64,000 nucleotides of DNA, from the IMG/VR virus record IMGVR_UViG_3300027963_000041, positions 32,001-96,000 of that record; one strand, 5' to 3'. Shown one piece after another: positions 1 through 9,800 of the stretch. The notes beneath the pieces were generated by a model, which was given only the letters and a program-made list of their open reading frames with translations, made no database searches and had not been told where the DNA came from. Each line of letters begins with the position of its first letter. Within the stretch, counting starts at the first letter, position 1. Source of the stretch: a virus. Position numbers and translations under genes: made by a program.

Positions 1-291
1 ACCGCAGAAGCAGTTTTGACAATCATCAAGTCTGGTGTGCAGAATGAAATTTACAATATCAACGGAAATTGTGAGTATCAAAACATCGAAGTGATTAAGA
101 AAATCATTCGTTGGATGAATTCTGATTTTGATTACGAAAAATATCTTACCTATTACACACGACCTGGACATGATGTGCGCTATGCACTAGACGATACAAA
201 ACTCAAAGCACTCGGATGGCAACCGAAAGCAGTATTTGACGATGAGTTGAAGAAAATCATTGAGCATTCGAAAAATAACTTCATATGGTAA
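1..291 (+). CDS. dTDP-glucose 4,6-dehydratase / NAD-dependent epimerase, C-terminal part (5' end outside window)
   Basis: EIYNI and RPGHDVRYALD motifs typical of the RfbB/RmlB C-terminus; frame open to the window edge. Confidence 0.85.
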   Translation, partial: TAEAVLTIIKSGVQNEIYNINGNCEYQNIEVIKKIIRWMNSDFDYEKYLTYYTRPGHDVRYALDDTKLKALGWQPKAVFDDELKKIIEHSKNNFIW

Positions 292-1013
292 ATACATTTT
301 TACATTCGGGCAAACTAGGTGACATTATTTGGGCATTGCCTGCTATCAAACATCTTGGTGGCGGCATTCTTTATCTTAGAACTGGTGTAGTTGATTCGGG
401 TCCGAATGAGGTGATGTTGACAAATGAAGGCGCAGAGAGTATAATATCTCTATTGAAGACTCAGGAGTACATTCATGATGTAAAAATTTACAATGGTGAA
501 GAAATAAAGCACAATTTAGACTTGTTTCGTAGATTTATCTTTGCTGTACCAAAAATTACTATTGCAGAAAGCGTGTTTTTAGGGCTTGGCATTAGAGGTA
601 ATCATGAAGAAAAACTTGATGAACCATGGGTTACAGTAGATAAAGATATGAGGGTGCTAAATAAAATAGTTATCTCACGGACCGGAAGGTATCAAGCAGG
701 TAATGATCAGATGAATCCTTTTTATCTGAAACTAAAAGAACGTAACATTTCCAAGCATGGAATATTTGTAGGTTCTTTAAACGAGTATGAGAAATTTGAA
801 GAAGTATATCGTACTGGTATAGAATACTATCCCACCCCCACGATACTTGATTTGGCTAGAGCAATATCCGCATGTAAGTTTTATGTCGGAAATGAAAACT
901 TAGCCAATGCATTAAATGAAAGCATGAAAAAAACTTCTTTTCTAGAAAATAACAAAAGTTCATTAGGACAATTCTTTTGCTACTTTAATAGACCGGATTT
1001 GTTTCTCATATAG
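285..1013 (+). CDS. Glycosyltransferase, GT9 (heptosyltransferase)-like
   Basis: HSGKLGDIIWALPAIK N-terminus and ILDLARAISACKFYVGNE resemble GT9-like motifs; next to the dehydratase. Confidence 0.6.
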   Translation: MVNTFLHSGKLGDIIWALPAIKHLGGGILYLRTGVVDSGPNEVMLTNEGAESIISLLKTQEYIHDVKIYNGEEIKHNLDLFRRFIFAVPKITIAESVFLGLGIRGNHEEKLDEPWVTVDKDMRVLNKIVISRTGRYQAGNDQMNPFYLKLKERNISKHGIFVGSLNEYEKFEEVYRTGIEYYPTPTILDLARAISACKFYVGNENLANALNESMKKTSFLENNKSSLGQFFCYFNRPDLFLI

Positions 1014-1042
1014 TTGTGTTAACTAAAACAGAAGGAGGAGAT

Positions 1043-1612
1043 ATGAAAACCTTAACCAATAAGGTCCAAGTATTGTTTCTCATATGTTTGACGATGATGA
1101 CAATGTGGCATTATAACAAAATAAGTCAAACAACGAGGCCAAATTTGAATTTGCAAATTTCGCAATTCACAAAAGAGGCTAGAGGAGAGATTTATTGCCT
1201 AGCAGAAAACATTTACTTTGAAGCAGGACATGAGCCAACTCTTGGCAAATACGCCGTTGCGTTTGTTACACAAAACAGAGTTAATAGTGGTAAATTCGCG
1301 GACTCTATTTGTGGTGTAGTAAAACAGAAGATAGGTAGTACATGTCAATTTTCTTGGTGGTGTGAAGATAAATCCAAATTCATTTCAACCAATAATCTCT
1401 TGACAAATAGTATGAATCCAGTGTATAATGAAGCATTGAGACTAGCAATTTATTTTTACACAAATCATGACAATCTAAAGGACCCAACAAACGGTGCGTT
1501 ATTCTATCATGCAGACTATGTTAACCCGAATTGGTCTTTCGCTAAGAAAGAAATTACCATCGGTAAACATATTTTCTACAACTACAAAAGGAATCCGAAT
1601 GAAAGAACCTAA
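1043..1612 (+). CDS. Cell wall hydrolase, SleB/Hydrolase_2 family, with N-terminal hydrophobic segment
   Basis: CLAENIYFEA, VAFVTQNRV, CQFSW, GALFYHADYVNPNW and IGKHIFY motifs; GGAGG RBS before ATG 1043. Confidence 0.9.
   Translation: MKTLTNKVQVLFLICLTMMTMWHYNKISQTTRPNLNLQISQFTKEARGEIYCLAENIYFEAGHEPTLGKYAVAFVTQNRVNSGKFADSICGVVKQKIGSTCQFSWWCEDKSKFISTNNLLTNSMNPVYNEALRLAIYFYTNHDNLKDPTNGALFYHADYVNPNWSFAKKEITIGKHIFYNYKRNPNERT
1400..1429 (+). promoter_or_regulatory. sigma70-type (early) promoter inside the hydrolase gene
   Basis: TTGACA(1400-1405)-18 nt-TATAAT(1424-1429), upstream of gp33-gp59-gp32. Confidence 0.7.
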
Positions 1613-1871
1613 TACTTCAAACAATGGGCTATACATTGCGCTATGCGTTATGGTAGCCACAGCATGTGCAACATTGTTCTTTATGTTTCTCACAGAAAAG
1701 GAACTCATGTCAAAAAATATTGAACGTGCTATTGAAAAAGGTATTGATCCTATTGCAGTACGTTGTTCTTATGCTGATGCAAGTGACAGAGTTTGTCTTG
1801 CGTATTCAATTACGCACGGAACTGTTGATGCGCCAGGTGCCCGTAACATTCCGAATCAACTTAAAAAATGA
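1599..1871 (+). CDS. Small membrane-anchored hypothetical protein
   Basis: ATG 1599 after AAAGGA; one transmembrane-like segment and two C-terminal Cys. Confidence 0.7.
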   Translation: MKEPNTSNNGLYIALCVMVATACATLFFMFLTEKELMSKNIERAIEKGIDPIAVRCSYADASDRVCLAYSITHGTVDAPGARNIPNQLKK

Positions 1872-2107
1872 ATGGTAAATTAAATATATTGACTCCAAAA
1901 GAATTTGAGAATCACATCAAAGAACTTATGAAGATTAAATCACCAATCACTATGATTGATGCGGTTCTCTTATTCTGTGAGCAAAACAATTTGGAAGTTG
2001 AAACTGCGGCTTCACTCATCTCTAGCAAAATGAAAAATGTTATGGAAAGTGAAGCCATCAAAGGTAAAATGATTGCCACTAAACATGCAAAGTTACCGAT
2101 GCTATGA
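1868..2107 (+). CDS. gp33: Late transcription coactivator gp33
   Basis: IDAVLLFCEQNNLEVETAASLIS..K..E pattern; directly before gp59. Confidence 0.85.
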   Translation: MNGKLNILTPKEFENHIKELMKIKSPITMIDAVLLFCEQNNLEVETAASLISSKMKNVMESEAIKGKMIATKHAKLPML

Positions 2108-2703
2108 AAATGGATGCCTTTGACGCATACAAAATTTATACCGCATTGAAGAATCATTTCGTACTTGACAACTACGATTACTTCAAGTATAATAAGAAGA
2201 TCAAGGTAAGCCACGATGCTTTCTTGAATCGAAGAGATAAAATATTTTTTGCAAAACTAGGCAATCGCAAAGACGCTTACCTAGAAGACTTTTTGGTATC
2301 GAATTTTCTGCACGACACAAAGACATGGGTAGGTGAACTACTCTCTGATCAAGCAGAAGAAAGATACAAAGATTGGAAACGAAAGCAAGAATCTATAACG
2401 TATCATTTTAAGAATGAGATAGAATTTCTTGCAGAGTATGAACAGAATGACTTTAATCAATTATTTGAAAGTGTAAACGGAGATCATCCAAAGATTATAA
2501 AAATGTACATGAGAAAAGAGATTAGCATCGAAACTCTCGCAGTACTCAATATGATTTTAAAGTTTATATCTAGAACTGATAAAGTAATTCATGATCCGAT
2601 CTACAAAGAGGTAAGTAAATTATGCAAAAAGTACCAGCCCTTCTTAAAGTGCGATGTACCCAAAATGAAAAAAGCATTGAAGGAAGTGGTAATGCAGGGG
2701 TAA
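2104..2703 (+). CDS. gp59: Helicase loader gp59
   Basis: FDAYKIYTALKNHF..YDYFKY, RRDKIFF motifs; gp33-59-32 order. Confidence 0.92.
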   Translation: MKMDAFDAYKIYTALKNHFVLDNYDYFKYNKKIKVSHDAFLNRRDKIFFAKLGNRKDAYLEDFLVSNFLHDTKTWVGELLSDQAEERYKDWKRKQESITYHFKNEIEFLAEYEQNDFNQLFESVNGDHPKIIKMYMRKEISIETLAVLNMILKFISRTDKVIHDPIYKEVSKLCKKYQPFLKCDVPKMKKALKEVVMQG

Positions 2704-2843
2704 AAGTGCGGAAAAAATCACAAATTTGTGTTCTTCTTCAGCCTAAAAAGAATCTTGAGCAACTATATAATACTGTAGTTGAGCATGATATATGTGGACA
2801 AGCAAATAATACAATCAATACATTTTAATACAAAGGAAATACG

Positions 2844-3749
2844 ATGGCAAATACATTCGCAGAACTCCGTAAATCTCGCACAAAAGATTTGGAGAAGTTG
2901 ACTGAACAAGTCAATAAACTAAACGATAAGTCTAGTGAAAAGAAATCCTACGAGGACACTCGATTCTGGAAACCAACAGTAGATAAAGCAGGCAATGGCA
3001 TGGCAGTCGTTCGCTTTCTACCTGCGGCTGAAGGTGAAGACATGCCTTGGGTTCAATTGTTCTCCCACTCATTTCAAGGTCCTACAGGCCAGTGGTACAT
3101 TGAAAACTCTCTAACAACTCTCAATAAAAAAGACCCTGTTTCTGAACACAACACCATGTTGTGGAACTCTGGTGTTGAATCAGATAAAGAAACTGCGCGT
3201 AAACAAAAGCGTAAACTTCAATACATCGCTAACGTGTATATTGTCAAGGACCCATCTAATCCTGACAATGATGGTAAGGTCTTCTTGTTTAAATTTGGTA
3301 AGAAAATTTTCGACAAGTTGAATGATTTGATGAATCCTGAGTTTGAAGATGAAACACCTGTTAACCCATTTGATCTATGGGAAGGTGCTAACTTCAAGTT
3401 GAAGATTCGCAAAGTAGAAGGCTATCAAAATTATGATAAGTCTGAGTTTGATTCACCCGCGGCTCTCTCTGAAGATGATGATGAACTTGAAAGAATTTGG
3501 AAAGCACAAAACAAACTTTCCGAATTTATTACTGAGGGCAACTTCAAATCTTATGACGAATTGAAAGCAAGACTAAACAAGGTCTTGAATCTAGAAGATG
3601 ATGTGGTTACTGAAAAACCTTCTGCGCCTGTAACCAAGAAGGCTGAGAAGCCTGCTGAAGTTAAAAAGGCAAAAACTGTAGAAGATAGCCCACCTTGGAA
3701 TGATGAAGATGGTGATCTGAGTTATTTCGAAAAGTTGGCTGAAGACTGA
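2844..3749 (+). CDS. gp32: Single-stranded DNA-binding protein gp32
   Basis: DTRFWKP.VDKAGNG.AVVRFLPA, WYIENSLTT, NPFDLWEGANFKLKIR motifs; acidic tail. Confidence 0.97.
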   Translation: MANTFAELRKSRTKDLEKLTEQVNKLNDKSSEKKSYEDTRFWKPTVDKAGNGMAVVRFLPAAEGEDMPWVQLFSHSFQGPTGQWYIENSLTTLNKKDPVSEHNTMLWNSGVESDKETARKQKRKLQYIANVYIVKDPSNPDNDGKVFLFKFGKKIFDKLNDLMNPEFEDETPVNPFDLWEGANFKLKIRKVEGYQNYDKSEFDSPAALSEDDDELERIWKAQNKLSEFITEGNFKSYDELKARLNKVLNLEDDVVTEKPSAPVTKKAEKPAEVKKAKTVEDSPPWNDEDGDLSYFEKLAED

Positions 3750-3778
3750 TTCATTATTTTTCTCCGATGTGCAGTTTT

Positions 3779-3805
3779 AGCCCCTCTTGCGAGGGGCTTT
3801 TTTTA
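3779..3805 (+). terminator. Rho-independent terminator after gp32
   Basis: AGCCCCTC-TTGC-GAGGGGCT followed by a T run, between convergent genes. Confidence 0.9.
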
Positions 3806-6800
3806 TCTCATCGCGAGAGTGTATGCTCTTAATGATGATCGTTCAGTATTGCGTAGAATTGGATGGAAGTCTCTTACCTTGTCATCTTTCATAACGAATG
3901 TTGTGATTGGTGATGACACTTGACGTACTGAGTTATCAACAACTGTATTCACATTTGTTCCGGCTTCAAATGATTTAATCAATGCGTTACCTTGTTCTCT
4001 TAGAAATTGTTGAGAACCAGCACCCAATGTTTCAGTAGCAATGATACCACCAGCAGGTGTATTAGACAATGTAGTTGAAATGTAGTCTAGGCTACTTGTT
4101 ACACCACTTACTGTATTTGCAAATGAGCCATCAAACGCACCACTACCAATTGATCCAGCGGCTTGCATAAATGTACCTGTAAGTACAGTACCTTCTGCTA
4201 TCAACTCTTCTCTTGTCTTTTTCTTTTTTTGCACCTGATTTAATTGAACAAATTGCTGTGCGCCTTCAAAGAACAAAGGACCTGCCTGAATCAACTTAGC
4301 ATAAATTGCTCTTGATTCGTCTGTTGCCAAACCAGTAGACTTAACAAAGTTATCCACAAACTCGCGGTATGCGATTCTGCTTTCTTCGACTGTGCCTTTG
4401 AATTCAGGAATGTCAAAGCCTTCCAAACCTGGAATATTAATCTTAGTTTTAATTTCTGTTTCGATGGCTTCAAATTCTTTCTTTTTCTGATTCAAACTAA
4501 AAGTTAATTGCTCTTCTTGTGTATAGAAATTTCTATAGTAATCGCCAACAAATTTATTGAAATTGTCTTGTTGTTCTCGAAGGTCTTTACCTCCGAACAT
4601 TGTCATAATATCGTATTTCAAATCAGCAAGAGCAAGTCCTGTTGTGCCACCAATTGTTTTAGCAAGATCGTCTGCGGTGTATTTCAACATCTCAAACGCA
4701 TTGTTCATGAAGAGTGTAGATTCTACAAGTCTACTGAATGTTGTTGTTATGCTTTCTAATGCATCACCAACTTTAATCTGATAATTTACAATGTCTGCAT
4801 ATGCAGTCTTGATCATATCATCGCTGAAACCAAGAAGGCTTTCTTGTAGTCTCTTTGCTTGATCAGCCTGTGAAAGACCCATCAAGTTTACTTCAATTGC
4901 TTTTGTGAATCCTGTAATAGCGTTTGGATCAATACCTAGAATGTTTGCGCCTTCGCGAACACCAGTAAAGATATTATTAACCGCACCTTGCATGTACTTA
5001 ACAAGTTCTGGATCGGCATCTGAATAATTTCGACCACTACTACCGCCACTAAATTTACCTCCTGATCGACTCCAATTTTCATACTGACGAATACTGGTTC
5101 CACTTCCCTCTGCAAGAGTGCCCGTAATACCAGCGGCAGTAGTTCTTCTTGGTCCTGAACCAAAAAAAGAATCGGCAATACCACCAAGAACACCACCAAC
5201 AAGACCACCAATACCAGGCATAATAAAGTTACCAATCATCGAACCAATTGTAGATGTACTGATACCGTCAATTATTTGCTTATCGCCTGCAATTGCGCTA
5301 CCGATAAATGAACCCGCCATACCGCCTGCAAGACCCTGTAGTGCCGAACCGGCATATACACCACTTGTCATACCAACAGGAACCTCCATACCGGCTTGTG
5401 CGTATGAAGCGGCTAACTGTGCGGAAGTCATACCTGCATTGGCGGCTTGCATACCACCAGAAAAATTCAACAGAGTTGTTCCCATGCCTGTTGCACCCAT
5501 ATTTACTAAGCCCATACCAGCACTAGCGGCAAGACTAGCGCCACTGGCAAGTAAACTTCCTGTTGCTAATGCATTATAGATTTGATATCCGGCTAAAACA
5601 GTATTGATAAGACCGCCTGGTGTTTTTATGTCAGCATTCTTTAATGCATATAAATTAAATAGTGTTCCGCCAAGGCCAATACCACCGGCGCCACCTTTTA
5701 GAATATCTCCTGCGCCTTCAAATCCTTTTCCTGATACAAAGTTTTTTCCAAGGGCATTCATTGCAAATGTTGCTGGACCAAAACCTAGACCAAGTTTCTG
5801 TGCGGCATAAATCGTACCAAAATCAACAAGAGCATTACCCATTGAGAATCCGCCACCCACAGGTGTGCCTTTACCAGTTACACCTGATATAGTTCCTCCT
5901 GCACCAGTAGCACTAGGCGCTGATGGCGAGAAAATTCCGCTAATTGCATCACCAATTGACTTGGTGCCTGAGAATACATCTCCTACTGCGGAACCGACAC
6001 TCTTAACGCCTTCCCATATGCTTCCAATAGAACTGAAGAAACCTCCGCCACCGCCAGCCATTCCGCTGTACATTTGCATTTGTGCAGATCGTTGTTGCAT
6101 TTGTGCAATCTGTGCTTGAGATTGTAATGAGTATTGGGTGATGTTCGACATACCTTGCAAGTGATTACCTAACACTTGACTCATACCTTGATTATGATAA
6201 TCACCCGCATACACCATACCATCGCGGATTTGTAGGGCGCCTTGTTCCATGTAGCGACCTTGTGAGTCTACGCCAAGTTTCATTTGACGTTCTACATTAC
6301 GCTGATATTCTTCGTAGCCACCAGCACCGCCAAACATTGGGCTAAATGGTTGACCAATCATCAATGCCATTTGTTGACTGAAATTTTGAATGCCTTCTTC
6401 GTAACCAAAAAAACTTCTCATGCCAGTTGGAATACCTGTCATAGCAAAGATCAAGTCTTCAGTCACCATTTTCTTGTTCTGACTGACTGCGGCTTTTGCT
6501 TGCGCTACTTGTGCGCCTTTCTGTCCAAGAAGACCTTCTAATTGATCAACCTTTTGAATCATTTGCAACTTGTCTGCGCCTATCTTACCTGTGATAGGAT
6601 TCATTGCATTCAAGCGATCAACAAGAGTTACTTGTGAAGAAAGTTTATCAAACTCTACTTTTGTTTGATCATAATCTGCTTTGAGTACATCGTATTGTTT
6701 TCTAACTGACGCGCCCTGTGCATAGTTATTGATTGCACGATTAAAGCCTGTTGCGGCATTTGGTCCAAACATAGGACCAAGAACAGTATTTACAAACTGA

Positions 6801-9800
6801 TCTGTATAACTTGCGGCTAACTTCGAGAAGATATTGCCGTAAATAGGACCCATATCTTTGCCAAGAATTTTTGTGGCAAAGTTTTGAAATGAGTTTTGAT
6901 ACAGTTGATCGATAGAACCAAACGCACTATTTTGTTGTCCCGTGACACCAAAACCTTGTGATCCACCAATCGCTTTATAAATGCTACGACTAACATCACC
7001 CTGAATCTGCCCCAAGAATTGCATCTCAAGGCTCTTACGTTGGTTACCATATTGATTGTTTAAGTTTTGAATGCCTGTTGCAATCTGTCGTTGATAAACA
7101 AGATTCTGAGACTCCATCTCATTTGATTTGGCATTTAGACCAATCAATCTTGAATCTGCATCTTGTCCTGTGTATGCAGTTGTTGATGGTCTTCTAGATT
7201 CAATGCCATCAATTATATCTTGTTGAAGCCTAGTTACATTACGAACATATGTTTGTTCAGGTCCGCTAAGTGTTCCATTAAATGATCCCTCAAAATCATC
7301 TCCGCCACCGCCATCATCAAAAATACCAAGCGCGCGCGCACGAGCAGTATCATATGTTTGTTCGGCTCCGCTAAGTGTTCCGCCAAATGATCCTGTAAAA
7401 TCACCTTGACCAAAAGTGCCTCGGGCGGCTTCCATGATACGACCAGTATCGTATGCACCACCGCCACGTGATCCACCGCCATACTGACCAGACATACCTA
7501 CAGTCATTAATGATGGCGGTCTAAGTGCAAATGCTGAACCACCAGAACCAGGCTGTACACCAGAATAATAATTAGATGCGGCTGGTCCACCCTCTTGGCG
7601 AATCATCGCCGCTTGCAATTGAGGAATTAGATGTGAAGGAATTCTGTCATTAGGTCCAATGCCCAATGAACGAGACATGTTTGCAACGTATGCACCAGTA
7701 TCATTATTATCACCAGGAGGTGCATACTTACTAATGAACTGATTAAGCGTCATTCCTCTGGATTGTGTATCCAGTTGAAGTTGCTTTTGCATAGCCGCCA
7801 TACCCATTTCTGGTGATGGGAACTGCGCGAACGATCCATCCGGACCAGGAATCGCACCTTCTAAGACGCCACCAGGACCTGCGTATCTTGAATAGTATCT
7901 TAGGTTACCTGGATTGTTATTGCGTACAGATACAGGTGCATTGTTTGATAAGTTTGTTGGTGTGTAAGTAGGAGAAGACTGGCTAGGCAATGTTGCTGGT
8001 GCCGCTGGCGCAGGCGCTACAGGCGCAGGCGCGGGAGTAGTTAATCCTCTGGTCTCTCTTTTTCTTTCGTTTGCGCTATCTCTGTCTCTTCTTTGTTTAT
8101 CGGAAACAACTGCGTCACGGTCTCTTACATAATTTTCATCTGTTTTAGTGAAAGTTGTTTTCTTATAACTTTCCTTCTCCATCTTAGCGGCTTCTTTTGT
8201 CAGGCCGCTTTGATATGGTTCATACTTAGTTTCTTGTATTTGAAGGCCTTTACCAAACTCTTGTAGTTTTTTCGCCAGTTCGGCGCCACCAGGAATGTAA
8301 TTAAGAAAAGCCGCAACTTTATCAACAACATAAGAGGTAATTGCGTTAACGCCTCTTGAGATTGCATTGAACATACTTGTAATAGAAGGTCCAATAAAGT
8401 TTATGCTTGCATCAATTGCTTTACCCACTACACCGAATACGAACTTCTTGGCGTTGAACCAGCCTTCACCAATTGAATTTGATAAATCATTCCAAAACTC
8501 CCCAATCACATTACCTATACGAATGAATAGTCCACGAATTCCAATTCGATCAAGTATCTCCACAGCAAAGTTGACGATGTTAACAACAAAATCGTCAAAG
8601 ATTAAATACAATTCACTAAAAGCATTCTTAATGCCTTCGCCGTCAAAGGTAAACAATGCGCCAATTAATCTGGCTGTTTCTTTTACAAAATCAAATATGT
8701 TGCTGAATATGCGAGTTACATAAACTGTACCTACTTCTTGCAGACCAGTGTTATAACTTTCTGCCCATGTTGCACCATCTCCAAAAATGTTGCTAATTGC
8801 ATAGTTAAGTACTTGAGATGCAATGTCAATAAAGCCTAAGAAGAACGAAGAAAGACCGCCGCCTAAAAACGCGGCAACACGATCCATAAAGGTAACTTCA
8901 ATTGCATTCTTATCAATGATTGAACCAATTTTGTCCTCATCAAATGCAACTAATAGACCATCAAATATAGAAAGAATAATATCAAGAGGAATTAAAAACT
9001 TCAATAGTTTTTTGCCAATGTCACCAAGAATTTTTACCACTTCAGAATTCTTGATTGCTTCAATGGCATTACCCATTGCTTTCAGTCCTTTTTGAACTGT
9101 TTCTACAATGTATGTCTGATAAAAGTATCCTAGTTTGGCAGCAATAGATTCAAGGAAGCCACCAGTGCCACCAAGAATTTCAGGCATAATTTTGCCTAAG
9201 TCATCTAGGCTTAGTGCTAAACGACCATCTGAGAATGCGGCTGTAACTTTGCTAAACGATTCAAGTGCGCTAGTTCTAAGGCTATCAAATTTTATAGCCA
9301 AGTCATCAAAGTAACTTCCTACTTTACCAAAAGAATCTAAGAATGTTGCTTTGAATGTGTCAAATTTTGCGCCAATGTTTGCTTTTACTTCATCAAGCAA
9401 GTCGGCAAGAATTGCTACGTTAATAAGTGTGGCGTTTCTTAATCGACCAAAACTTGCTGGTAGCGCACTAAAGATTCCTTCAATTGCACGAACTACATCA
9501 TCAAAGTTAGGTAGTCTGATTCTGGCTTTAAAATCATCAAACGCTTTGATAATGTCATCAAAGTTAGGTAGTCTAAATCGTAATTTAAAGTCATCAAACG
9601 ATTTAATAATGTCATCAAAGTTGGGTAGTCTAAATCGTGATTTAAAGTCATCGAATGCAGTTCTAAATGTATCAAGAAGACCTGTAAACACGCCTATAAA
9701 ACGTCTTGGTAAATCCGAAAAGAATTTAACCAAATCATCAATGAAAGGAAGTTTCTTAAATCTATCAAATAGGTTTGTGAAAAAATCACCAAAGCGTCTT

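Noticed and set aside
2622-2828. 68-aa ORF between gp59 and gp32
   Set aside because: Overlaps gp59 and the gp32 leader; no convincing RBS or motif
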